IMG/VR virus record: IMGVR_UViG_3300042540_000801
Coordinates: 1-50,441 of that record
Length of the DNA stretch: 50,441 bases
Source of the DNA: a virus
Taxonomy: Duplodnaviria; Caudoviricetes
Reading direction: 5' to 3' (one strand)
The notes under the pieces are model-generated. The model made no database searches, was not told the DNA's origin, and was given only the letters and a program-made list of their open reading frames with translations. The translations under genes were made by a program, and so were the position numbers. The number at the start of each line of letters is the position of its first letter. Position 1 is the first letter of the stretch. Shown here piece by piece: positions 7,954-17,798 of the stretch.

Positions 7954-8325
7954 CTAGCAGCGGGCGGCGATGAGGAACCAAGCCGTCCCCTCGCGGGCGA
8001 TGGCGCAGGGCCGCTTGATGGAGCCGGCGGCGGCAGTCAGGTTGGCAAAGAGGTTCATGGCGGTGACCGTGTTGGGCGTGGCTGTGACGTACTTGAACGT
8101 CAGGACCTTGGCCGTGTCGACGGACCAGGCTCCGGTGAACTCGCAGACACGGAACGCCGCGCGGGCAGCTGACGATGACTCGCCGATGGGCTTCTTGAAG
8201 ACGAGCGGGGAGGCATCCGGTTCCATCCCCTCGACGAGCCGCACCGTTCTGGCGATGCGGTCGGCGCTTTTCTTGGTGAAGACGACGCGGTCGGTCGGCG
8301 TCCCGCTGAGTTGGTTGTCGGCCAT
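7954..8325 (-). CDS. Putative minor tail protein
   Basis: Position in tail operon; GGAG SD. Confidence 0.65.
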   Translation of the reverse strand: MADNQLSGTPTDRVVFTKKSADRIARTVRLVEGMEPDASPLVFKKPIGESSSAARAAFRVCEFTGAWSVDTAKVLTFKYVTATPNTVTAMNLFANLTAAAGSIKRPCAIAREGTAWFLIAARC

Positions 8326-8338
8326 TGTGCACTCCGTG

Positions 8339-9211
8339 TCACGCCGGTGGAGTGCCGAAGTAGGGCTGAAAATCGACTTGCTTGTAGATGCGGCGGTCGA
8401 GGATGCTGGGGGCCTCGCCGGATGCCTTCATGCCGCCGCTCCCGTCGAGGGCGACCGGGTTGGCGCTGGGGATCTTGGTGGTCTTGTCTTCTGGGTCGAT
8501 GACCCAGCAGCGTTCCCGCTTGCCGTCGCTGACGTAGTTGAAGCCGACGTCGGGGATCTGGAGATTCCAGCCGGTTTGCCGGTAGAGGAGCGTGACGGTG
8601 ACTTCCCAGAAACGCACCTCGGTCCCGTCGACGACCTCGACTTTCCGCTCGCCGCGGATGCCTTGGCACTTCCAGGAGTTTTCCGGGCCGCCGAGGTAGG
8701 CGCCGCTGTTGATGCAGTTGGTGATCGCCGAAGCAATGGCAGACGGGAACGCCGAGCGGTTGCCCTGAATGGTGACTTTCTGCTGTGCCTCGTCGATGGT
8801 CAGGCCTTCGAAGTAGTCGCCGGCGCTGTTGACGAGCGGCTTGGCCGTGGTCCCGTCGAAATAGGTCAGGGCGGGGATCGACGCGCCGCTGGATTCGAAG
8901 GACCAGACATCTGGCCGGCTGAGCGGGTTGGGGTCGATCTCTGTCCCCGGAGGGACTTCGTACTTGGCGAGGACCTCGTTGTGATACCTCGAGCCTTCGT
9001 ACTGCTCGTTGACCACGACCTCGGTGCAGACGGCGATGGCCATCTCTGGATGGGATGACCCGTGCGTGGCTCCGGTGGCGGTCACGCAGTCCGTGGCTGG
9101 CGTGTCCGGGGTGGTGAGCGTGCACACCCACCGCCGCTCGAACTTGGGCGTCTCCCCGAACTTGTGCGACGCCGCGCGGGCGAGCTCGACGAATGAGAGG
9201 ACCGCCATCAC
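8339..9211 (-). CDS. Putative distal tail / tail tip protein
   Basis: Immediately downstream of tape measure; beta-rich 290 aa. Confidence 0.7.
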   Translation of the reverse strand: MMAVLSFVELARAASHKFGETPKFERRWVCTLTTPDTPATDCVTATGATHGSSHPEMAIAVCTEVVVNEQYEGSRYHNEVLAKYEVPPGTEIDPNPLSRPDVWSFESSGASIPALTYFDGTTAKPLVNSAGDYFEGLTIDEAQQKVTIQGNRSAFPSAIASAITNCINSGAYLGGPENSWKCQGIRGERKVEVVDGTEVRFWEVTVTLLYRQTGWNLQIPDVGFNYVSDGKRERCWVIDPEDKTTKIPSANPVALDGSGGMKASGEAPSILDRRIYKQVDFQPYFGTPPA

Positions 9212-12066
9212 GCCTCCCCGGCCAGGATCTCGGCCTTCTGGGTGTCGAGCTTCTGTAGGTCTTTTCGCATGTTCTGCAGTTCCTTGAGCTGCTTCCGGTA
9301 TTCCTCGATGGCCGGGTCCATCTTGCCGGCGGCGAGGTTGAGGAACGTGGAGGCGCCTTCCGTGGAGCGAAGGTCACCGACCTTGACGGCGCCGCCGCGG
9401 ACTTCGTCGAGCGCCTTGAGGCGGTCGACTTCTTGCTCGAGGACTTTGTCGGTGATCTTTTGCTGCTCGTCGGCGATCTTCTTGTTGATGTCTTCGAGTT
9501 TCTTGGCGCGATCCTTGTCTCGCTTCTCCTGCTCTTTGGCGTCTTTTTCGCGGCGTGCCGCCTCGCCGCTGGCGATGTCCTCTTCGCGGGCCTTGAGTTG
9601 ATCGAGCTGGGCGAGCCGCGCGTTGCCGGCCTGCACGGTGGCGGCGTCACCAGCGGCCCGTGCCTGGGCGATCTCGGCTTCCGTGCGGGCGATTTCTTCG
9701 TTGAGCGTGGCGACCATCTCGGCCGCCTTCATCCGCTTCTCGTCGCCGCCGAACTGCTGGTCGCGGATGAGAGCCCGCTCGGACTCCTCGATGGCTTTGT
9801 CGATGGCCTCGCGGGCTTTTTTGGCGGCGTCTTCTTCGGCCTTGGCCTTGCGCTCCGTCTCCTTGGTCGCCTCCTTGATGGTGTCGATCTGCTGCTTGTA
9901 GGCGGCGTCGGCCTCGGCGGCAGCGCGGGCGAAGGCGGTCTCGTTGAGGATGCCCGCGTCGAACTGGGCCTGCAGTTGCTTGATGGATTCCTGGTACTGG
10001 AGGGCTGCGTTGAAGCCCGCTTCGCCGAACTTGGCCGATTCGTCGATGGCTTTGGAGAGGTTTTTCTGGACGTTCTCCAGGGTCTTCTCGAACTCTTTGG
10101 AGACGCCTTCGCCGCCGATGTCGAGCGGTTCTTCGGCCTCGTCGCGGAGCTCGCCGACGGCGGTTTTGCCGTCGTTTGCGGCGACCTTGAGGTACTGGCC
10201 GACGAGCGGGATGCTGTCGGCAAATCCGTTCCAGGCCGCGATGGCTTGGTCGATGACGAAGATGAGGCCTTCGAGGACGGCGTTGATGCCCTCGAGGACG
10301 AGCTTGGCTGGGGAGATGGCGGGTCCGAGTGCCTGCATGACGTTGGTGAACGGCGTCAGGCCGATGGTGATGAGGCGGCCGATGATGGCGCCGATGTTGT
10401 AGAGCGTTTCACCGAACTCGCCGATGGTCTTGCCGAACGCGTCGAAGATCGGAGCGATCGCGTCCCCGATGGGGGCGATGATCTGGGTGAGGGCGCCGAC
10501 GACGTCGGCGAACAGGCTGGCGATGCCCTCGGTGACGCCGGTGAACGGGAGGAGGAGCTCGTTGCCGAAGCCCATCATCGAGGTCTTGATGTTGTCGAGC
10601 TCGACGTCGAGGGCGAGCAGCCGCTGCTGGTCGATGTCGCTGATGGCCCCGCCGAAGCGCTCCATGGCCTCGGAGGCCTCGCCGATGGACTGGAAGGTTG
10701 GAATGAGCGACAGACCCTTCTTCCCGAGCGTGTCCGTGGCGAGCGCGGCCCGCAGGGCTGGGTCTTCGATCTTCATCAACGCGTCGGCCGTGAGTTTGGC
10801 GAGCTCGTCGGGCTTGGCTCGGCGGAGCGTTTCCTGGGAGATGCCGAGCTTCTCGAAGGCCTCGGCGGCGTCCCCGGAGCCGGAGCGTGCCTCGTTGACG
10901 CGGACGGAGAACTTCTGCATCGCGGAGGCGACGGCCTCGACGGAGGAGCCGGCCCGCTTGGCGGCTTCGTCGAGGACTTGGACGCTCTCGAAACTGGCTC
11001 CCATGCGAACCGCGAGGTTCGTCAGGTTTTCCACGCGCCCGGCGAGTTGCTCGAGGCCGTTCCAGACCGCCGTGGCGGCGGCCCCGAAGGCTGCCAGGCC
11101 GCCGGCGACGAGATTGGCCTTGGTGAACAGGCCGCCGAGCATGTCGGCCACGCCCGAGATGGCTGGCCGCAGGCCGCCGTCGAAGATCTTTCCGAAGCCG
11201 CCGGCCGCGCTCGAGAGTCCCGAGATGCGTGTGGCGACGCTGCCGATGGAGCCGGGCAGCAGGCCGATGATCCCGGTGAGCTCGTTGAACTGGATTCGCG
11301 AGTCCGCGACCTTCTTCACCTCCGCGGTCAGGCCGGCGGCGGCTTCTGCGGCTTTGGTGTAGTTGTCGCGGGCCTTCTGGATCTCGGCGTTGTACTCGCG
11401 GTCGGTGATGAGGCCCTGCTGCTTGAGTGTGAACAGCACCCGCGCCCGCTGCTCGTACTTGTCGATGGCGGTGGTGTTGGCCTCGCGGATCTTCTGCGCC
11501 TCTTTCTCAAGCTCGTTCTGGGCCTCGTTGGATTCCTTGAGTTGCTCTTCGGCGTACTTCTGGGCGTCGGCGGCGGCCTTGGCGGCGTCGGCGCGGGCTT
11601 TCTCGGAGGCCGCGGCCGCCTCGTTGACGCCGTTGAGTTTGTTCATCTCCCCCATGTAGGCCTGGAGGTCGATGAGTCCCTGGTTGTAGAGCTGCGTGAG
11701 CCGTTCCTGGCGGGCGATGTTGTTGTCCGTCTCGGTGGAGTATTTCGTCATGATGTCGGCCGCTTCCTGCAGCGCGGCGACATTCTCTTTCGTGACGGCT
11801 TGGATGCTGGCGAACTCGGCGGCGAACTCCTGGGCGCTGATCTGCCCGTCCTTGAGGGCCGCCTGCAGGAGCGTGAGCTGGTACGCCGTCTCCTGCTGCA
11901 TGTTCGCGGCGGCCGTCGATGATGCCGCGAACTTGTCGAACGCGTCGATGGTGCTGTCGGCCTGCTTCTGGATGCCCTGCAGGGCGCGGTCGACTGGGTC
12001 CAGACTCTGAGTGAAGCCGCTCGTGTCGGCCGTCACCTTCATCGCCAGGCCGAGGACGGTTGCCAT
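9208..12066 (-). CDS. Tail tape measure protein
   Basis: 952 aa Ala-rich helical; L.MKVTADTSGF N-terminus; follows tail chaperones. Confidence 0.9.
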   Translation of the reverse strand: MATVLGLAMKVTADTSGFTQSLDPVDRALQGIQKQADSTIDAFDKFAASSTAAANMQQETAYQLTLLQAALKDGQISAQEFAAEFASIQAVTKENVAALQEAADIMTKYSTETDNNIARQERLTQLYNQGLIDLQAYMGEMNKLNGVNEAAAASEKARADAAKAAADAQKYAEEQLKESNEAQNELEKEAQKIREANTTAIDKYEQRARVLFTLKQQGLITDREYNAEIQKARDNYTKAAEAAAGLTAEVKKVADSRIQFNELTGIIGLLPGSIGSVATRISGLSSAAGGFGKIFDGGLRPAISGVADMLGGLFTKANLVAGGLAAFGAAATAVWNGLEQLAGRVENLTNLAVRMGASFESVQVLDEAAKRAGSSVEAVASAMQKFSVRVNEARSGSGDAAEAFEKLGISQETLRRAKPDELAKLTADALMKIEDPALRAALATDTLGKKGLSLIPTFQSIGEASEAMERFGGAISDIDQQRLLALDVELDNIKTSMMGFGNELLLPFTGVTEGIASLFADVVGALTQIIAPIGDAIAPIFDAFGKTIGEFGETLYNIGAIIGRLITIGLTPFTNVMQALGPAISPAKLVLEGINAVLEGLIFVIDQAIAAWNGFADSIPLVGQYLKVAANDGKTAVGELRDEAEEPLDIGGEGVSKEFEKTLENVQKNLSKAIDESAKFGEAGFNAALQYQESIKQLQAQFDAGILNETAFARAAAEADAAYKQQIDTIKEATKETERKAKAEEDAAKKAREAIDKAIEESERALIRDQQFGGDEKRMKAAEMVATLNEEIARTEAEIAQARAAGDAATVQAGNARLAQLDQLKAREEDIASGEAARREKDAKEQEKRDKDRAKKLEDINKKIADEQQKITDKVLEQEVDRLKALDEVRGGAVKVGDLRSTEGASTFLNLAAGKMDPAIEEYRKQLKELQNMRKDLQKLDTQKAEILAGEA

Positions 12067-12386
12067 TAGCCGAGAGCCTCAAGGTCGCGTTTCAAGGCGC
12101 GGAGTTGGTCGAGCATCTGGATCTCGTGCTGGGGCGGCGGTTCAGTGGGGATGAAGTCTTCGACCTTCGGGGCCTTGCCCTTGGGGCAGTACGGGGAGAG
12201 CGCGGCGGCGGTGAGCAATGCGGTCTGCTTCCACGGGTCTGGCAGGGCCTCGAAGTGTCGGGTGTATGCGATCCACTCGGACAGTTCACGGCTGTCCATG
12301 CGGGTGCAGAGCTCTGCGACCGTCATCTTGAGATGCCCCGCGAGCGCGAAGAGCATCCGCCGCGACGGCCGCAGGTTCAGTTTTTT
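12066..12386 (-). CDS. Tail assembly chaperone, -1 frameshift extension (gpGT-like)
   Basis: LKMTVAELCTRMDSRELSEW in the -1 frame after slippery A AAA AAC. Confidence 0.8.
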   Translation of the reverse strand, partial: KKLNLRPSRRMLFALAGHLKMTVAELCTRMDSRELSEWIAYTRHFEALPDPWKQTALLTAAALSPYCPKGKAPKVEDFIPTEPPPQHEIQMLDQLRALKRDLEALG

Positions 12387-12724
12387 GCCAGTTCCTCCAC
12401 GTCGTCGTTGGTGATGGCGTTGTGCGCCATCGCTTTCGACCAGAGCATCGAGCAGGTGCGGGCGTTCTTGGTGGCGAGCAGGCTGACTTCTTCGTCGCTG
12501 AAAAGCCGCTTGCCAGCCTCGTCGCAGAGGCAACGGGCCAGGAACTTGGCGCGGAAGTTGTCGATGCCGGTTTCCCGCTTCCCGATCCACTCCCGCTCGT
12601 AGGCGTCACGCTCGCCGACCGTCATCACGCGGATGTAGACGTCGCCGCCCCAGTCCGGGACGGTGACTTTGAGGAGGCCGAGGTCGTTTGCCGCGATGAT
12701 CTGATCCTTCGTGAGAGCCGCCAT
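12377..12724 (-). CDS. Tail assembly chaperone (gpG-like)
   Basis: VPDWGGDVYIRVMT...LCDEAGKRLFS...EELAKN*. Confidence 0.85.
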   Translation of the reverse strand: MAALTKDQIIAANDLGLLKVTVPDWGGDVYIRVMTVGERDAYEREWIGKRETGIDNFRAKFLARCLCDEAGKRLFSDEEVSLLATKNARTCSMLWSKAMAHNAITNDDVEELAKN

Positions 12725-12727
12725 GCT

Positions 12728-13072
12728 TCATGCCGGGACTGAGCCCGCTCCTGTCGTGTCCATGACCTTGAATGAGACCGTGTACCTCGTGACGTCGTTG
12801 ACGACTCCCTCGATGCGGTACGTCTGGTAGATGCAGTCCGCGCTCCAAGAGATGCCACCGCCTTGGATGCCGAGGACCAATCTCTTGCCGTACTGCGCCG
12901 AGGAGATGTTTGCCGTGCCGAGGCACGACACCTCTATAGTCCCGAGGTCAAGTGTCCACGGCGTCAGGCGGCCGCCCGGCAGCGAGCCGGGGCCTTCGAC
13001 GCGGATCTCGCGGACTTCTTGGAACGGGACGCTGTTCCAAGTCACAGTGACGCCAGCACAGGCGATCGCCAC
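12728..13072 (-). CDS. Tail tube-like protein, paralogue 2
   Basis: Position; shares VND..R...SFK end with the upstream gene. Confidence 0.55.
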   Translation of the reverse strand: MAIACAGVTVTWNSVPFQEVREIRVEGPGSLPGGRLTPWTLDLGTIEVSCLGTANISSAQYGKRLVLGIQGGGISWSADCIYQTYRIEGVVNDVTRYTVSFKVMDTTGAGSVPA

Positions 13073-13088
13073 GGCGCCCTCCCGCCGA

Positions 13089-13481
13089 CTATCGGGCGAT
13101 CTTGAAGGACGCCTTGCCGCGGATGATGTCGTTCACCGCGAGCGTGACGCTCGAGTTGGTCACGGTGGCCATGCCCGTGACGATCGTTGCGCCACCCGAC
13201 ACGACCGAGAGGGTGCCGGTGCTGCCGTCCGCGATGACGGCGGAGCCTTGGTAGTCGATGTCGACGACGCGGCCCGTGGTGCCGCCGTTCTGCACCGAGC
13301 CCTTGAGCGGCCGGTCCATCGTCAGCACCGACTGCCCGGCGGTCTGGCCGAGGTGGCTGATGTCGATGGGCTGGACGTTGTTGTTCTGTTCGCCCAGCGT
13401 GTAGACGATGTTGGTCACCGTGTAGCCGACGCTGGCGAAAGTGAACGTCGTGCCGGTCGAATCGTGCGGCGTTGCGGGCAT
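13089..13481 (-). CDS. Probable major tail tube protein
   Basis: Between tail terminator and chaperones; GTTFTF...IDISHL pattern. Confidence 0.65.
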   Translation of the reverse strand: MPATPHDSTGTTFTFASVGYTVTNIVYTLGEQNNNVQPIDISHLGQTAGQSVLTMDRPLKGSVQNGGTTGRVVDIDYQGSAVIADGSTGTLSVVSGGATIVTGMATVTNSSVTLAVNDIIRGKASFKIAR

Positions 13482-13482
13482 G

Positions 13483-13893
13483 CTAGGACTCCTGCCAGAG
13501 AGCGTTGTAGGTTTGGGTGACCGAGTAGCTGGGAGGCGCTTCGTTGCCTTGGAGAAGAGCGAAGCCGTCCGATTCGCTTTCGAGCGACACGTTCTTCACT
13601 TCTGTATTTTCAAGAGTCCCGCCCCACCCATCCAGAGCTTGACGGCAGAGGTCGGCGATGGTTCGCGCCTCTTCGTAGGTGACCGCGAAAATGTCCATGT
13701 CGAGGGTGGTGGTGGCCACGCCCATCGGGCCGCTGAGGGTCTGCTCGCGGCTGACACCGGTGCGGCGGTAGGTGATGTAGGGCAGGGCGGCGCTGATCGG
13801 GGCCAGCACGGGGAAGATTCGCGTGCCGATGACGGCGGCGACGGCCGTGTCTTGGATGAGCACGGATCGCATGGCGGCTTCTGGGGACTTCAT
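13483..13893 (-). CDS. Tail completion/terminator protein (DUF3168-like)
   Basis: GTRIFPVLAP....LPYITY...DIFA.TY.EA. Confidence 0.8.
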   Translation of the reverse strand: MKSPEAAMRSVLIQDTAVAAVIGTRIFPVLAPISAALPYITYRRTGVSREQTLSGPMGVATTTLDMDIFAVTYEEARTIADLCRQALDGWGGTLENTEVKNVSLESESDGFALLQGNEAPPSYSVTQTYNALWQES

Positions 13894-13903
13894 GGGAGCC
13901 TCG

Positions 13904-14572
13904 TCACTTGGTCGGGCTGATGTAGCCCTGCTTGCGGTACTCGATCTCCTTGATCGCGTTCTCCAGGCCGGTGGAGAGTTTGTCTGCGAGGATCTGGCCC
14001 ATCTGCGGCCAGGTGTCGTTGTAGGCGTTCTTGATCGGCGCCTGGGCGCGGGTCGGCCGGATGACGACGGGCTTGTTCTTCTTCATGAAGAACGCCTTGG
14101 GGTAGGCGGGGCGGGTCGTGAACGTGCCGTTGCTCCCGCTGGCGAGGATGCGGAACGGCCCGAGCGACCTGAACGAACTGGCGATGAAGCCGCCGTAGGG
14201 CGACTGCTTGGAGATGACCCGCTGGTTGGTGCCGAACTCGAGGAGGCCCTGGTGGAAGGCCCGGTCCTTGCCGGCCCGCACCTTGCCGCCCTGCGCGGAA
14301 ACGGACGGCGACTTTCCGGCACGGACGTACCCGGCCAGGGCGACGGCGTTCCCGTCCTGGGGATAGGTGACGACCTTGCTGGCGATGGCCCGCTGGAGGT
14401 TCCCGGTCGGGCCGCGCGGCGTCAGTTGCTTGAGCCGGGCGACGGCCGGCTTGATGGCCTCGCGGACGGCCGCGCCGGTGTACTTGGCCTGCAGGGCCTC
14501 GGGGAGCGTCTTGATGCCGGCCCGGGCGATGTCGAGGTCGGCGAAGTTGGCTTTGATGGCGACGACGGCCAT
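13904..14572 (-). CDS. HK97 gp10-like neck protein
   Basis: TP.GPTGNLQRAI and LEFGT motifs. Confidence 0.8.
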   Translation of the reverse strand: MAVVAIKANFADLDIARAGIKTLPEALQAKYTGAAVREAIKPAVARLKQLTPRGPTGNLQRAIASKVVTYPQDGNAVALAGYVRAGKSPSVSAQGGKVRAGKDRAFHQGLLEFGTNQRVISKQSPYGGFIASSFRSLGPFRILASGSNGTFTTRPAYPKAFFMKKNKPVVIRPTRAQAPIKNAYNDTWPQMGQILADKLSTGLENAIKEIEYRKQGYISPTK

Positions 14573-14889
14573 TAGGTGGCCTCCTGGCAGATGGCGACGT
14601 GCTCGGTGCGGTGGTCGTATTCGAGCAGGCTGACGATCTCCAGCACCCGCTCCCGCCAGACCAGCCGGCTGGCGTGGGTGAGGCTGGCGTTGTGCCGCAG
14701 CCGCACGCGGTGCGTGATGCTGGTGTCCTGTTTCCCGGCGAGCAGGGCCTCGCGGGAGGACACGCCTTCGACGCTGGCCCACACCGTGGCGACGTCCGAC
14801 CATGTGAACACCGCTTCGCCGAGCGAGTTGATGGTCTCGCTCGACGCTTGGATCGTGACTCGCTCGGTGAGGTCCCCGCTGCGGATCAT
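14572..14889 (-). CDS. Head closure protein (SPP1 gp16-like)
   Basis: GDL.ERVTIQ...W.DVATVWASVE..S.RE. Confidence 0.88.
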   Translation of the reverse strand: MIRSGDLTERVTIQASSETINSLGEAVFTWSDVATVWASVEGVSSREALLAGKQDTSITHRVRLRHNASLTHASRLVWRERVLEIVSLLEYDHRTEHVAICQEAT

Positions 14890-15476
14890 CGGTAGGCGCC
14901 CCATTTGATGCTGTCGAGCAGGGCCTTGGCTCCGAGCGGGACCTCCTGCATGCTCATCGACTCGACCGCCGACCGTTGGCGGTAGAGGTGGTCGACGATC
15001 ATGAGGATCGCCGCCTTGAGCCGCGGCTCGGGGCTCGACGGCCCCGCCCACCAACGGACGGTGATGGAGCTGTAGTCCGCACGGTACGATGGCCAGGTGC
15101 CGCCGTAGGGCGGCCGGATGGTGCCAGGGATGGCTTCGCGGTCCACGCGGTACTCGGAGGGCGGCAGCGTGGCCTGTGCGCCGGTGTCGTTGAGGCTATA
15201 GGTGACCTCGACGGCCGTGGCGGTCCCGGAGGCGAACATTGGCGGGCGGGGGAGGCGGATCTCCGCGGGGAACGTGTCGAGCTTCATGACGTACTGGGAA
15301 GGTCCCACGAAGGTCATGTCGCAGTAGCTTTCGGCGTAGGCACGAACCGTGGAGATGAGCGCCGTGAGGTAGGCGTCGTCGGCCGTCGAGTCGACGCGGC
15401 AATGGTGCTTGGCCTCGGCCAGCGTGACCGGCTCGGTGGCGGGCGTCGTCTGTCGAGTGAGGCTGCGGTAGTTCAT
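14886..15476 (-). CDS. Head-tail connector (gp6-like)
   Basis: EPVTLAEAK.H.RVD...DDAYL..LI; LKAAILMIV.HLY.QR. Confidence 0.88.
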   Translation of the reverse strand: MNYRSLTRQTTPATEPVTLAEAKHHCRVDSTADDAYLTALISTVRAYAESYCDMTFVGPSQYVMKLDTFPAEIRLPRPPMFASGTATAVEVTYSLNDTGAQATLPPSEYRVDREAIPGTIRPPYGGTWPSYRADYSSITVRWWAGPSSPEPRLKAAILMIVDHLYRQRSAVESMSMQEVPLGAKALLDSIKWGAYR

Positions 15477-16216
15477 GCCGTGGGGTCCTGCGGGATGCGC
15501 CATGAGTTTTTCGGCTTGCCGTTGGCGTGGAAGTCCGGGACGTACTGAAAGACTGGCGATTCGAGTTTGGCTCCGGGCCAGACCGCCACCCACTCGCCGT
15601 GGCCGATGGTGATGCGCGGCGATACGAAGACGCGGTTGCCGGCCTTCCGAAATTGCTTCCAAAAGTGGATGTCGGCGTCGGTTCTTCCGTCCCCGTACTC
15701 GCCTTTCTCGTTGGGTGTGTCGAGGAACCACGGCTTTGGCGTGCGGGCGAGCGCGGCGGTCGAGATGACCGTGCAGCCGAAGTGTGCGGTGTCCACTTCC
15801 TGCACGGGCTGGCCGAGCCATCGGCCGTCGACGGAGATGGAGTCGCCCTCACGGACGGCGCCGAGCGTGTCCTTGAGGGTCAGCATCGGCCTGCCGTCGT
15901 CGCGCTTGACCTGGAATCCGGTGATGGCGTCGCACTGGAAGGCCATGGCGAGGGCGAAGAGCTCCTCGATGTCACGCTGGGTGATGAATGAATCGAAGTC
16001 GAGCGTGAGGATGTACTCGCACTTATCGACCCACTCTTCCATCGTGCGCTGGAGCACTTGTCCCCAGAGTGCCCCCTGCCCGAGCGTCGGGCGGATGCCG
16101 AGCGGCATGAGGGCTTCGACCCAGCCGAAGAAGTTGGAGAGCGGGCCGAATCGGGGGCCGGAGAGAATGGCCTCGACGCGAACCTCGGCGTTCGTGTCCC
16201 CGATCTTGATGAGCAT
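15473..16216 (-). CDS. GT-A fold glycosyltransferase-like protein
   Basis: YILTLDFD (DxD), FGCTVI, DIHFW...AG.RVFV.P.I.IGH. Confidence 0.7.
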   Translation of the reverse strand: MLIKIGDTNAEVRVEAILSGPRFGPLSNFFGWVEALMPLGIRPTLGQGALWGQVLQRTMEEWVDKCEYILTLDFDSFITQRDIEELFALAMAFQCDAITGFQVKRDDGRPMLTLKDTLGAVREGDSISVDGRWLGQPVQEVDTAHFGCTVISTAALARTPKPWFLDTPNEKGEYGDGRTDADIHFWKQFRKAGNRVFVSPRITIGHGEWVAVWPGAKLESPVFQYVPDFHANGKPKNSWRIPQDPTA

Positions 16217-16238
16217 GGCGTCCTCCGTGAACAGCGGA

Positions 16239-16270
16239 ACGGGCGGCGGGCGTCCTTGCCCACCGCCCGT
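16239..16270 (-). terminator. Hairpin downstream of major capsid gene
   Basis: 13-bp stem with one G-U pair; weak U-tract. Confidence 0.45.
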
Positions 16271-16306
16271 CCTTGGGCGCTGTCACTGTGCCAGGTGTGT
16301 CAAGGC

Positions 16307-17695
16307 TCAGGTGGCGGCGGCGGCCTTGAGGGCGACCATCGGGCCGGCGACCGTGTTGGAGCCGAGGTCGTGCACCACGATCGCGTTGCGGACCGTGGCG
16401 AACGTGGCCGTCTGGTCGAACTCGATGTAGCGCTCGCTCGCCGTCTTGATCGTGACCGTGCGGCGGTCGCCGTAGGTCGCGGCTTGCGAGAGGTCTCCGA
16501 ACAGGGCGAGGCACCTGCCGCCGGTCCCCGTCAGGTCGCTTACCATCGGGTGCGCGAGGACCACGGGGAAACCGAGGAACTGGAGGTCGAAACCCCCGGC
16601 GACGTCGGCCCGCGTGTTGCCGCCGCTCTGCATGGCGAGCCGCAGCATCGAGGAGCCGTAGCCGGCGGGCGAGATGTACCACTTGGCCTGACGGCGGGCG
16701 AAGAGGGGAAGCCGGCTCACGACGTTCGTGAAGTCGGTCAGCTCGAGCGAGTCGAAGGTCGAGTTGCCCGTTGCCGCCGTGACGACCGACTTGGCGTAGC
16801 CCGAAGACAGGATCTTCGTGCAGATGCCGGTCACCGAGTGGTAGGTGCCGGTGCCGTCGCCGATGAAGCCCGCGTTGTCCACGGCTTCGGCGAGGCACTG
16901 GGCCGTCTCGACGGCGATGAGGTCGGCCAGGTTGATGACCGAGTCCTCGAACAGCGAGTTGGGGATGCGGTTTGCCACGCCCCAAATCTTCGCGTTGAGC
17001 TGCACGTTGTCGAAGGTCACGTCTGAGGGCGTGATCTCGACGTTCTCGCCGACCGGGCGAGCCGCGAGACCGCCGGTGCGGCGGGCGATGAGGAGCGTGT
17101 CGCTCGACATCGGCACCTTCCGGGCGTTCGCGACGAACGCACCGTACTCCTCCACGAGCCGGATGATCTCGGTGGAGAGCTCGTCGCTGACGAGGTAGCC
17201 GCCGAGCGAGTCGGTGCTGCCCGCCTGCGCGCGGGTCTGGACGCCGTGGTCGACGCACCACCGGCGGGCTTCGGCGTCGCCGAAGACGTAGCCGCGGAGG
17301 TGCATGCCCGAGCGGTAGGCCCGCTCTTCGGCGTTCGGGCCACGGAACGCCTTGAGGACGCCGGTGGCCTTGGGGATGGCGTAGTTGCGGGGTTCCACGG
17401 CGGGCTCCTCCTTGGTGGCGGGTGCGACGGTCTTGGCGGGGGCGGGGGCGGCCCGCTCGAGGACGGCCCGCAGTTCCTTCTCCTTCTCGGCGGCGCGCTC
17501 GTAGAAGGCGATCTTCGACTTGAGCTTCTCGGCCCGCTCGATGAGCTGCTCGAGCCGCTCGGAGTTCTGCATCGCCTCGTCGGCCGCGGCGCCGTCTTCG
17601 GCCGGAGCATCGGTCGCGCCGTCTTCGAGGGCGCCCATCTCGGCGAGGACCTTGGCGAGCTCGTCGAGCAGAACCTTGACTTGCGATGCAGCCAC
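16307..17695 (-). CDS. Major capsid protein, HK97 fold, with N-terminal delta domain
   Basis: GTG start after AAGGAG; coiled-coil N-terminus; GGYLV, GDGTG, LFGDLS motifs. Confidence 0.92.
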   Translation of the reverse strand: MAASQVKVLLDELAKVLAEMGALEDGATDAPAEDGAAADEAMQNSERLEQLIERAEKLKSKIAFYERAAEKEKELRAVLERAAPAPAKTVAPATKEEPAVEPRNYAIPKATGVLKAFRGPNAEERAYRSGMHLRGYVFGDAEARRWCVDHGVQTRAQAGSTDSLGGYLVSDELSTEIIRLVEEYGAFVANARKVPMSSDTLLIARRTGGLAARPVGENVEITPSDVTFDNVQLNAKIWGVANRIPNSLFEDSVINLADLIAVETAQCLAEAVDNAGFIGDGTGTYHSVTGICTKILSSGYAKSVVTAATGNSTFDSLELTDFTNVVSRLPLFARRQAKWYISPAGYGSSMLRLAMQSGGNTRADVAGGFDLQFLGFPVVLAHPMVSDLTGTGGRCLALFGDLSQAATYGDRRTVTIKTASERYIEFDQTATFATVRNAIVVHDLGSNTVAGPMVALKAAAAT

Positions 17696-17798
17696 GAGAT
17701 GGGCTCCTTGTGCGTGAGGACCAGCGGCATCTGCCGCCCGTTCCTGAAACCTACGCACAAGGTGGCGCGGCCATCCATAGTTGGATGGATGTTCTTTA

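Noticed and set aside
9433-11922. 829-aa plus-strand ORF and similar long plus-strand ORFs (e.g. 22114..23649, 41340..42599)
   Set aside because: Antisense shadows of GC-rich genes; no motifs or RBS.
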